A DNA stretch of 32,000 nucleotides from Ruminococcus albus 7 = DSM 20455 (GCF_000179635.2 NC_014824.1:300001-332000), one strand, 5' to 3'. Shown: positions 8,141-16,072, counted from the stretch's first letter. The notes: generated from the letters alone by a model not told the origin. Made by a program: numbers and translations.

Positions 8141-8509
8141 ATGGAAATCACCGAAGATAAAATAGTATATGGTAAAAATACCTTTACAATAGTAAATGAA
8201 GTTCCTGATGGATATAAAATATGGAATATAGGTCCTTATATGCTGAAAGGATTCATTCCGCTGTGCCGGCTAAAACAAGAACTTTTGCAAAAAGGACTAT
8301 ATGTAATAGAAAAAGATTGTCTATTAGCAATAAAGTCAGAAGGATCAGATAAGATAATGGCTGCGATAGGCGGAGGATATCATACGGTAGCTTTAATGGA
8401 AAAATTCTTGTCAGATAACCCAGAGCCGAAAAAAGATTCCTGGGAAGCTAAACAGGTATCACGGATAAATGCAGCATTGCCTTATATGAAAAAGATTAAA
8501 GGACTGTAA
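8141..8509 (+). CDS. hypothetical protein (122 aa)
   Basis: ATG at 8141 after acGGAGGAataaac; abuts the upstream stop codon. Confidence 0.65.
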   Translation: MEITEDKIVYGKNTFTIVNEVPDGYKIWNIGPYMLKGFIPLCRLKQELLQKGLYVIEKDCLLAIKSEGSDKIMAAIGGGYHTVALMEKFLSDNPEPKKDSWEAKQVSRINAALPYMKKIKGL

Positions 8510-8528
8510 GAATAACAAGGAGGAAAAA

Positions 8529-8801
8529 ATGTCGAAGATCTATAGAGTTCCCGTATATTATCAAGTGAGTGAATACGTTCCGGTGAAGGCTTTTTCTAAA
8601 GAAGAAGCAATAAAGTATGTAAGAGACCACCAGGACAAAATACCTACCCATTGCGGAGATGCCAATTATATCGATGAATCTTATGAGATAGAGTCTGATC
8701 CCGATGTTGTTTTGGGGTGTGATGAAAAATCAGGACTCTGGGAAAGGGAAGCATGGAACAATGAATATTATGATGCAACAAAGGAGAATAAAGATGGATA
8801 A
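8529..8801 (+). CDS. hypothetical protein (90 aa)
   Basis: RBS caAGGAGGaaaaaATG. Confidence 0.7.
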   Translation: MSKIYRVPVYYQVSEYVPVKAFSKEEAIKYVRDHQDKIPTHCGDANYIDESYEIESDPDVVLGCDEKSGLWEREAWNNEYYDATKENKDG

Positions 8802-9042
8802 TCTGAACGGAGACTACATTAGAGGTTATACGACAGCTCTAATCAATGTACTGAACTTCTTTGATGATCATTCTGAAGCTATGAAAGTGAATAAGATGTA
8901 CAATCAGAACTGTGTTCGTGCTGTTCTTAACTTTCTTCTGGAAAACAAAGAGGAAATGCGAGAAACAGGAACGATCGAGGATATAGTTGTTTCAAAAGAA
9001 AAGAATAAAGTGATCATCAAAAAAATCGGACGATATTTTTGA
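8794..9042 (+). CDS. hypothetical protein (82 aa)
   Basis: ATG at 8794 after aaAGGAGaataaag; 8 nt overlap with the upstream gene. Confidence 0.6.
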   Translation: MDNLNGDYIRGYTTALINVLNFFDDHSEAMKVNKMYNQNCVRAVLNFLLENKEEMRETGTIEDIVVSKEKNKVIIKKIGRYF

Positions 9043-9054
9043 AAGGAGCGTACA

Positions 9055-9285
9055 ATGTATAATAAGTACGAAAGTAGATGGAATCTGATACAGGAGATAC
9101 TTGAACTGCAAAAACAGTATCATAAACTGTATACATCAAGTAAGATCACAAAATCAGCTATATGCGAACTTGTTGTCCCTTTCAGAGATAAATACGAGCT
9201 ATCCGATGTTGAAGCTCTTAATATAGCTAAAGAGTTTTGTAGTATGGAACGGATCGTTCGTCTTGCTGAAAAGTTGTTTCCTTGA
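9055..9285 (+). CDS. hypothetical protein (76 aa)
   Basis: RBS gaAAGGAGcgtacaATG. Confidence 0.7.
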   Translation: MYNKYESRWNLIQEILELQKQYHKLYTSSKITKSAICELVVPFRDKYELSDVEALNIAKEFCSMERIVRLAEKLFP

Positions 9286-9303
9286 ATAAGACCTGTCTTT
9301 TAC

Positions 9304-9331
9304 AAACGTCTCTCTTCGTAGGGGCGTTTTT
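9304..9331 (+). terminator. intrinsic terminator, conserved family
   Basis: AAACGTCTCTCttcgtaGGGGCGTTTTT. Confidence 0.75.
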
Positions 9332-9602
9332 ATGCTGTGTCCATAAACTGTCATTTCATCTGGATGTTAAAGTATAACGATATTGAGATTATTAATTATA
9401 TAAATTGCATAATTTTAACAATTATAACTTTATGAACTACATAATTTGCAAAAAATTATCAGATACACACTAACTTGGAAATTTCGGTAAATTTCGAGTT
9501 AAGGTGAGGTAAAACGTATTTTTGATAGGTTGACTTTCTTTCTCGAATGTGTTAAATTAAAATTGTCGCGACAAACACTATTAATTAAGGAGTAATTTAA
9601 CC

Positions 9603-11552
9603 GTGAATATAAACATAAAGTCAAAAAGAATAATTGCAGGTGTAATGGCACTTTCAATCGTATCTTCTGGTGCAATTGCATCTGAGTCAAGCGTGATAGG
9701 CAGATTAATTTTATTAAATTCGCTCTCTGCAAGTGCCGGTACTGTTTATGGTGACTGGGAATATGAAGTAACCGGAGACCACACTGCAAAGCTAGTAAAG
9801 TATACCGGCAGCGATGCAGAAATTAGTATCCCTCAGGGCATTGACGGTCATTCGATAACAGAACTTGGTGAAAATCTGTTCAGTAATAATACTAATATCA
9901 AGTCTGTAAAGATCCCCAGAGGTATCCAGAGCATACCCGGTTACTGTTTCTCAAATGCTTCAAATCTGGAATCGGTGGTAATGCCTCTCGGCGTAACAAA
10001 AATCGAGCGCGGGGCTTTTATGAATGCAAAGAGCCTCACATCAATAGCGCTGCCTCTTTCTGTTGATACCATTGAAAGCTCTGCATTTACCGGCTCGGGA
10101 ATAACTTCCATTAACATGCGGGATGTTAATGAGTTCGGCAAAAGAATTTTTACAGACTGTAAAAACCTTAAAGATGTGGTGCTTCCCGATGGCATTACAA
10201 TAATTCCCGAAAGTACATTTGAAAACTGCATCGGCATAGAGTCCATCATCCTTCCTGATGACCTGATCACTATTGAAAAGAACGCTTTCAAAGGCTGCAC
10301 AAACCTTACAGAGATAAACGCACCCGATTCGTTGACGACTATAAAAAATTCTGCTTTCATGAATTGCTCAAAGCTTAAAAAAACTCCTTGTTCAGAATCA
10401 ACGGTTTCAATTGAATTCGCTGCATTTAGAAACTGCACAGGCCTTGAATCTGTATCATTCTCAAACTCACCTACTTCGATAGGATCGTATGCTTTTGCAG
10501 GCTGCGAAAAGCTTGAATATATCTCCATTCCCGACTCAGTAGAGAAGATTGATTCAGATGCTTTCAGCGAATGTAAAGGTATCAGGTCGATAGATCTTGA
10601 TGTTAATTCAGCTACTAAATTCGGCGGATACTGTTTCAAAGGCTGTTCTTCAGTAGAAAATATAAATGTTTCCGATTTTGACATTCTGGCAGGATTGTTC
10701 GACAAAAGAACATTTTCAGGCTGCAAAGAGCTACGTACAATAAACAATGAAAGTCCCGTTATTCTTAACGGCGATAACACTGAGCCTGAGTTTACAGAAA
10801 AGTACAGAAGTGTTATAATAGAGAATTTTGATGCCATTGACGACAGTGAGCTGGGTTTCTTCAATGACTACCTTGAAGCAGAAGTAAAGTACGTTGTATC
10901 CACAAATATAACCGATGATATGTCCGATATGGAGAAGATAAAAACTCTTCATGATTGGCTCTGTAACAAGGTATTCTATAAATATATCAAGAAAAACAGC
11001 AAGTATACTCCTGATACCAGCAATTATACTCAGGTGGATTCGTCTGCATTTATCAGAAATTCAACTGTATGCGCAGGCTATGCCAAAGCACTTACACTTT
11101 TGCTCAATGAATCTGGTGTAGAAGCATATCTTCTTGTAAATTTCAGCGAACATGCATGGTGTATGGTTAGAGTTGGAGACCATTATTTTCATCTTGATGC
11201 AACACATGATGATTCAGGCTCTGATCCAAACGGTACCATAGGTTATGATCACTTCCTTATCTCGGATACCGATGTAAAAAAATGCTCTTCAGGTCATTCG
11301 AGCTGGGCGATCGATGCGCCTACAAGCCGATATAAATACACTATTCCCGACGAAATCCCCAAATGCCTCTATTCGGTAGGAGATGTAAATAAGGATGGTG
11401 TCATCAACGATGATGATGCCGACCTTATCTGGTATTACTGCAACGGCGATATCGGCTCCATAGACCTTGTTCTCGCAGATACAAACTTCGACGGCAAAGT
11501 TGACTGGGATGATTACCTGGCAGCGCTCAAACGCAAATTGCCCCGAGGATAA
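9603..11552 (+). CDS. secreted leucine-rich-repeat (BspA-type) protein with transglutaminase-like cysteine peptidase core and C-terminal dockerin
   Basis: GTG start after tAAGGAGtaatttaacc; signal peptide. Repeated ...I.IP..V..I...AF..C..L... units. VCAGYAKALTLLL...HAWCMVRVGDHYFHLDATHDD (Cys-His-Asp). Dockerin GDVNKDGVINDDDADL / ADTNFDGKVDWDDY. Confidence 0.8.
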   Translation: MNINIKSKRIIAGVMALSIVSSGAIASESSVIGRLILLNSLSASAGTVYGDWEYEVTGDHTAKLVKYTGSDAEISIPQGIDGHSITELGENLFSNNTNIKSVKIPRGIQSIPGYCFSNASNLESVVMPLGVTKIERGAFMNAKSLTSIALPLSVDTIESSAFTGSGITSINMRDVNEFGKRIFTDCKNLKDVVLPDGITIIPESTFENCIGIESIILPDDLITIEKNAFKGCTNLTEINAPDSLTTIKNSAFMNCSKLKKTPCSESTVSIEFAAFRNCTGLESVSFSNSPTSIGSYAFAGCEKLEYISIPDSVEKIDSDAFSECKGIRSIDLDVNSATKFGGYCFKGCSSVENINVSDFDILAGLFDKRTFSGCKELRTINNESPVILNGDNTEPEFTEKYRSVIIENFDAIDDSELGFFNDYLEAEVKYVVSTNITDDMSDMEKIKTLHDWLCNKVFYKYIKKNSKYTPDTSNYTQVDSSAFIRNSTVCAGYAKALTLLLNESGVEAYLLVNFSEHAWCMVRVGDHYFHLDATHDDSGSDPNGTIGYDHFLISDTDVKKCSSGHSSWAIDAPTSRYKYTIPDEIPKCLYSVGDVNKDGVINDDDADLIWYYCNGDIGSIDLVLADTNFDGKVDWDDYLAALKRKLPRG

Positions 11553-11623
11553 GCTCAGTGATTATAAATATCATCTCAGACATATTTATATCCCATGATC
11601 AACAAACTAAATAATTAAAACTA

Positions 11624-11661
11624 AAGCATCTTCTGCGAAATATATCGCAGAGGATGTTTTT
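11624..11661 (+). terminator. intrinsic terminator
   Basis: AAGCATCTTCTGCGaaatatatCGCAGAGGATGTTTTT. Confidence 0.65.
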
Positions 11662-11662
11662 G

Positions 11663-11680
11663 TGTATCACGCGTGACACT
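11663..11680. repeat. palindrome family copy P2 (TGTATCACGCGTGACACT)
   Basis: Two mismatches to the consensus; directly after a terminator T-run. Confidence 0.7.
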
Positions 11681-11758
11681 AAGTATAGAACCATCCGGCA
11701 GGGAAGTAATGTTTTTATCGTTAGGATATTTCTCATATAATATCTATGTAGAGATTTA

Positions 11759-11790
11759 TTGATAGTTCGGAGATTTTTCGGCTATTGGTA
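11759..11790 (+). promoter_or_regulatory. leader hairpin, divergent instance 5
   Basis: ttGATAGttCGGAGatttttCGgCTATtggtaa, 17 nt after TATAAT (11736-11741). Confidence 0.4.
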
Positions 11791-11828
11791 AGTGTTTGCA
11801 ATATTATTAAAAACGGAGGAATAAAGAC

Positions 11829-12350
11829 ATGGGTTCAGTAATTGAATTAAACGAATGCCCTAAATGTAGTTTTGAGGAAATGAGCTGCGAATATTGGTAC
11901 AGAAGCGATGAGTACAGTGAGTTGTGTCCAAAATGCGGATATTTCAGAAAGAAATTCCTGAAAAGAGATGATAACAGGGAGCCTATAATGCTAACTGAAG
12001 ATATCAGGCGTGAAGATGTAGTCGTTCTTAAGAATAACAAATGGGTATCTCCGGAAAAAGATGAAGATCTTTCAGACTATCCTACAAGTAATTTTGCCGT
12101 AATAATGTCAGATGAAATAATGCGTTACCCTTCTTTTGCAAGAATGGATAAAGATGGAACTAAAGTGACGTATCCAGATTATATAACTGAAACCGGTGGA
12201 GGATGCGGAGCTGTTCATGTAAAATACTCCAACAATCTTGAACGGATAATATCGCTCGGGGAAAAAGGAGACTCTGAACGGATCAAAAAAGCAGTATATG
12301 AAGAGGATACAACAAAAGATATAGTATCTATAGAGATCACTTGCCCTTGA
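11829..12350 (+). CDS. hypothetical zinc-ribbon protein (173 aa)
   Basis: RBS aacGGAGGaataaagacATG; N-terminal CPKC...CPKCG. Confidence 0.7.
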   Translation: MGSVIELNECPKCSFEEMSCEYWYRSDEYSELCPKCGYFRKKFLKRDDNREPIMLTEDIRREDVVVLKNNKWVSPEKDEDLSDYPTSNFAVIMSDEIMRYPSFARMDKDGTKVTYPDYITETGGGCGAVHVKYSNNLERIISLGEKGDSERIKKAVYEEDTTKDIVSIEITCP

Positions 12351-12367
12351 TTATAGCAATACAAAAC

Positions 12368-12391
12368 GTCTTTCTTCGGAAAGGCTTTTTT
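12368..12391 (+). terminator. intrinsic terminator, conserved family
   Basis: GTCTTTCttcgGAAAGGC followed by TTTTTT. Confidence 0.6.
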
Positions 12392-12476
12392 GTTGTATGG
12401 AAAATCTGTAAGATACGACAAGCGTAATTTTATTTACGCCGTAAAAACGGTAGCTGAACTTTACAAATCACTTGAT

Positions 12477-12881
12477 ATGATGCAGTCTATAGGAATAATG
12501 GTAGAGGGGGCCAAAGAAGGTGTTGGTGCCTGCATTTGGAAATCTATAACCAGTTCTACCAATATAGCTCTTTTACTTATGAATCACAGTATAGGGGATG
12601 ATTTGGCTAATGAGGTGTTTCTGGATTTTGTCGAACGGTACATTAAAAATAATATGATAGACAAGGATATTTCGGCTTTTTACGCAACATACAAAAATTT
12701 CGGCAATAATGCTGCGATGGTCAAGCATGAATTGGAAAGACTTAATTCACGTTATGACTATTATTGTGATGATTGTCCTACCAGAAGAAATGGTGAAGAA
12801 TGTGATATTGATTGCCAAAGCAAGAAAGAAAGTCTTTTAAAACGAATTAAGCAGCTGCGTAGAGTGGAAAGCAATCTATAA
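12477..12881 (+). CDS. hypothetical protein; start uncertain
   Basis: The ORF is open from 12390, but that stretch overlaps the terminator. The first in-frame ATG is at 12477 and has no clear RBS. Confidence 0.4.
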   Translation: MMQSIGIMVEGAKEGVGACIWKSITSSTNIALLLMNHSIGDDLANEVFLDFVERYIKNNMIDKDISAFYATYKNFGNNAAMVKHELERLNSRYDYYCDDCPTRRNGEECDIDCQSKKESLLKRIKQLRRVESNL

Positions 12882-12900
12882 AAGACAGGGGAAATTAATT

Positions 12901-13416
12901 ATGAGTTACCATGTTTGGTCTGTAGACGGATACGGTTTTGATGTTTCAAATACAATAAATAATCTTACACTTGAAAAATGGTCACTGTTAAAAGAGAATA
13001 TTCGGCTTTTCTGGGAAGAAAAAAAGCCTTACAGTGATGAAGATTATCCCGAAGCGAAAAATTTTTTTAATATTCCTGTTGATGTGAATGATATTAAGCA
13101 GGATATTCAAAACGCCAGAGAGCTGTTCAGTGAATACGAAAGTCCATTTTATTGTTTATATGGGTTTGATGATCTTGTCGCTGAAATTTTTGTATGGCTA
13201 TGGCAAAAGAATGGGCATATTGAAGATTTAGTGGAAATAGTTATTGATGAGTTTACTGATAGTCATACATACTGGCTTTTAGGTATGGTGTATCCATGGC
13301 GTAAAGTTGAAAAATTCGATTCTAAAGAAGACTGCCGAAATGCGATTATTAAATCAATGAAAGGATTTGTAGAGGCAGGGAATGTAAATTTTGAATCCAT
13401 TGAACAGGGAGGATGA
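12901..13416 (+). CDS. hypothetical protein (171 aa)
   Basis: ORF track; purine-rich stretch gacAGGGGaaattaattATG. Confidence 0.65.
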   Translation: MSYHVWSVDGYGFDVSNTINNLTLEKWSLLKENIRLFWEEKKPYSDEDYPEAKNFFNIPVDVNDIKQDIQNARELFSEYESPFYCLYGFDDLVAEIFVWLWQKNGHIEDLVEIVIDEFTDSHTYWLLGMVYPWRKVEKFDSKEDCRNAIIKSMKGFVEAGNVNFESIEQGG

Positions 13417-13443
13417 ATCCTTCCTGCCATGATCTGTCCTGTA

Positions 13444-13477
13444 AAACATCTCTCTTTTTTGGAGGGATGTTTTTTTA
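13444..13477 (+). terminator. intrinsic terminator, conserved family
   Basis: AAACATCTCTCttttttgGAGGGATGTTTTTTT. Confidence 0.75.
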
Positions 13478-13506
13478 TTCCTTTTTACTATTAGAAAATA
13501 TTTCAC

Positions 13507-13535
13507 TTGAATTATAGATGTATTTGTGTTATTAT
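13507..13535 (+). promoter_or_regulatory. sigma-70-type promoter upstream of scaffold RNA A2
   Basis: TTGAAT, 17 nt spacer, TATTAT. Confidence 0.45.
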
Positions 13536-13574
13536 AAATACAGGAAAACTCGTTGCGAATGGCAAGCTTACATA

Positions 13575-13713
13575 AAAATGCCAAGAGATTCGCACTTTAT
13601 TTCGGGCGGCTCGGCGTCCGTAAATCGAGAAGTGCTCGTAAGTCTACAAATCTGTAGCCGAAGTAACTCTCGATAAGGTAAAAACAATACACATTCAATC
13701 CGTGTATTCAATT
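13575..13713 (+). ncRNA. structured scaffold RNA, copy A2, directly upstream of CRISPR array 2
   Basis: Positions 13585-13732 equal 4379-4526 except A13684 versus G4478. Confidence 0.6.
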
Positions 13714-13732
13714 TTATTTGTATAATTATGCA

Positions 13733-13900
13733 GATGCAATCTGCACTACGCAAGTGAATTGCGAGTTCGGCGTTGCTGCTTGATGAATCGGGCACTATCG
13801 ATGCAATCTGCACTACGCAAGTGAATTGCGAGGTATATTAATTTGTACAAAAGCAGTCGAACACTTTGTTGCAATCTGTACTACGCAAGTGAATTGCGAG
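13733..13900 (+). CRISPR. mini-CRISPR array 2: 3 repeats of 33 nt, 2 spacers (34 and 35 nt)
   Basis: Repeat GATGCAATCTGCACTACGCAAGTGAATTGCGAG at 13733 and 13800. Variant with 2 substitutions at 13868. Confidence 0.8.
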
Positions 13901-13966
13901 TGATTATCTTCATACTTTTCCATTCAAAAATATGCTTACAAAAATGATCACAAAATAATCTTTATA

Positions 13967-13991
13967 GACAGCTTAACGCCCTAAAATCGAG
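13967..13991 (+). repeat. isolated copy of the scaffold 5' hairpin module (copy E)
   Basis: GACAGCTTAACGCCCTAAAATCGAG, compare GGGCGACTTAACGTCCTAAAATCGAG at 17469. Preceded by AAAATGATCACAAAATAATCT, which also occurs at 17568-17589. Confidence 0.45.
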
Positions 13992-14124
13992 AAAATATTT
14001 TGCAAATTTATCAACGAGATACTACTTCATTCGTATATGATTTCAAGTGTTTTGAATGTAACGATGGCGGTAAGTGTGAAATCTGTCGTATCAAGCGGTA
14101 AAATGAATATTAAAGGAGTGCGCT

Positions 14125-14745
14125 ATGGCTGTTAAAAAGAAACTCCCTGCCTTAAAAAGGCTCATCAAGAAAATCGAAAAGGTCACGCACGTCCGTCCCG
14201 CTACGGAAGAGGAGCTTGCGGCTTTACAGAAGCTTGCAGGCGGAAAGCTCCCCGAGGAGGCTATGGAATTTTACTCACATTACAGTTTTGAGGGTATTGT
14301 GCGCATTGATGAGTATATTGATCTCTACGGCATTAACGAAATAGTCAGATGGAATACAGACGCTGTACCCGGGTTTATGGTTCTGCCGTTCGGACTTCTG
14401 ACCGTGGCTTCATGGGTAGACGGTGATGCAATCTGCATTGACCTTAACAGCGTTGGTGAAAAGTTTGGGTATGGGGGATGTTACACCACGCAGGTGATTC
14501 GTCAGTGCAGTCATGAACTTTTCAGCGAGGGCGAGGAGATCACCTTCTACAGAAAAGCACTCGGCGGTTTGGTTCGCCTGCCTTATACCCGTGAGAATGT
14601 CGTTGCGCTTTCTCCTTATGTAACCAATGACTTCAGTTATCTTCTCAAACGCCTGAGAGATGGGGAGCTTCGTTATATCGAACTTACCAAAACATTGGAT
14701 GATTACGAGAAAAAACGATTGCAGGAAACTGCTCAGGAAAGTTAA
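14125..14745 (+). CDS. SMI1/KNR4 (SUKH-1)-like protein, putative immunity protein
   Basis: RBS tAAAGGAGtgcgctATG. The N-terminal LPEEAMEFYSHYSFEG region resembles the SMI1_KNR4 signature. The segment is visibly more GC-rich than its flanks. Confidence 0.5.
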   Translation: MAVKKKLPALKRLIKKIEKVTHVRPATEEELAALQKLAGGKLPEEAMEFYSHYSFEGIVRIDEYIDLYGINEIVRWNTDAVPGFMVLPFGLLTVASWVDGDAICIDLNSVGEKFGYGGCYTTQVIRQCSHELFSEGEEITFYRKALGGLVRLPYTRENVVALSPYVTNDFSYLLKRLRDGELRYIELTKTLDDYEKKRLQETAQES

Positions 14746-14752
14746 CATCACA

Positions 14753-14785
14753 AGCCGAATGTTCATCGAGAGCGTTCGGCTTTTG
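14753..14785 (+). terminator. intrinsic terminator
   Basis: AGCCGAAtgttcatcgagagcgTTCGGCT followed by TTT. Confidence 0.7.
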
Positions 14786-15081
14786 GGTAAAAGAACAAAT
14801 AGCTTTATAGCAAAGATATACGGCTGTTTAGATGAATCGTTAGATGCACATACCACAATGGCATACATTAACCGTAAGGCTCTCGGAAACGCTGTGAAAG
14901 CGTTCCTGAGGGCTTTTTGGCGTTGAAACAGACAAATATGGAAAAAGGTTGCGCAACTGATGCGTTATGCAACCTTAATTATGGGAGCGAAATCTTATAT
15001 ATGATTATTGGGCTTTTAACTGTGATATGAAGCTTTTTTATTATTGCAAATTTTCACGTAAAATAAAATTGTAGATGTTAA

Positions 15082-15113
15082 TTGATAACATAGGAGACCA
15101 GACAGATTATTGA
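15082..15113 (+). promoter_or_regulatory. conserved 5' leader hairpin (instance 6)
   Basis: ttgataacaTAGGAGACCAGACagattattga. The stem changes G to A, converting a G-U wobble pair to A-U, so pairing is kept. Confidence 0.55.
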
Positions 15114-15156
15114 TAAATATTCTCAAATAACTATAAAACCAAAAGGAGTAATTGCT

Positions 15157-15414
15157 ATGAAAGGAATAATGCCGGATCATAAAGAATGGAGAAAGAAAAG
15201 ATACAAGATATTCAATGAAAAAATAAACTATTTTAAAGATCATCCCAAATATGAATGGCTGAGGAAATATGCAGATGATGCAATGAACGCAAATGAAGGG
15301 TTTGGTTATCTGATGATAAAAGGAGCAGACTTTATAGAAAGAATTGAAAAAATGCCTCTTGAATATATCAGAGACTGGCTCAACGGAAAAAATAAACTGG
15401 AATGGACAACATAA
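15157..15414 (+). CDS. hypothetical protein (85 aa)
   Basis: RBS aaAAGGAGtaattgctATG. Confidence 0.7.
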   Translation: MKGIMPDHKEWRKKRYKIFNEKINYFKDHPKYEWLRKYADDAMNANEGFGYLMIKGADFIERIEKMPLEYIRDWLNGKNKLEWTT

Positions 15415-15452
15415 AACAGCAAGCAAGAAAAATAACCGATAATTTGTCTTTT

Positions 15453-15482
15453 AAACGTTCCTCACACGAGGGGCGTTTTTTT
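15453..15482 (+). terminator. intrinsic terminator, conserved family
   Basis: AAACGTTCCTCacacGAGGGGCGTTTTTTT. Confidence 0.75.
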
Positions 15483-15591
15483 CATCATACAAGAATAGAA
15501 GATGTTGACTACAATTTGTTTTTTTGATATAATAATCAAGGAAATATTAAAAAGGAAAAATTATCTTCTGTTATAATAGTATAAAACTTGT

Positions 15592-15609
15592 TGTGTCACG
15601 CGGGACACA
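15592..15609. repeat. palindrome family copy P3 (TGTGTCACGCGGGACACA)
   Basis: One mismatch to the consensus. Confidence 0.75.
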
Positions 15610-15697
15610 AATAAAATGTTCCCTATAAAAACCTTTTTTGCAGGGACGTTTTCATCGATAAAGATTTTCTTCTATAATTATCTTAGATCTAAAAATT

Positions 15698-15728
15698 TTG
15701 ATAATCGGAGTCGGAATCAACAGATCAG
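15698..15728 (+). promoter_or_regulatory. leader hairpin instance 7, heading a decapitated cassette
   Basis: ttgataatCGGAGTCggaatcaACAGAtcag after TATAAT (15673-15678). Followed by AAAGGAG RBS and ATG CAC TAT TAA (15753-15764). Confidence 0.5.
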
Positions 15729-15852
15729 TTTACAGTAAAGGAGAAAATTGAAATGCACTATTAATCATCAAAAGAAATCCCGAACTATATAAAATTTTTC
15801 TCAAAAAGAATAACAGCAACAATAAATAACACTGTGATATTCATATTATCCA

Positions 15853-15975
15853 GGGCGGCTTAACGCCCTTAAATCGAAACAATGCGTCGTAAACCGCTAT
15901 ACAGCGTTGATCGTATACTCGATAAGGTAATATCTCAGCAATGAGATCAAAATTATACGCATAAAATCCGCGTAG
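15853..15975 (+). ncRNA. structured scaffold RNA, copy C, upstream of the Cas12f/TnpB-like gene
   Basis: Same helix order as A1/A2 with compensatory changes: GGGCG/CGCCC (15853-15868), ATCGA/TCGAT (15873-77 with 15919-23), CGCT/AGCG (15895-15906), TACGC/GCGTA (15956-15974) with conserved loop A-AATCC. It has one extra hairpin, ATCTCA/TGAGAT (15932-15947). Confidence 0.55.
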
Positions 15976-16072
15976 ACAGTGAACATAACTATATAAGAAT
16001 GTGAGCTGTAAGTTATATAATGATATTGGAGTATTGATGTGTCCTTCAAAAAAATCTTAAGGAGTAATAAAA

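Noticed and set aside
9941-10864. 307 aa minus-strand ORF.
   Set aside because: It is entirely antisense to the well-supported LRR/transglutaminase/dockerin gene, has low-complexity Ser/Leu-rich content and no RBS. It is a shadow ORF.
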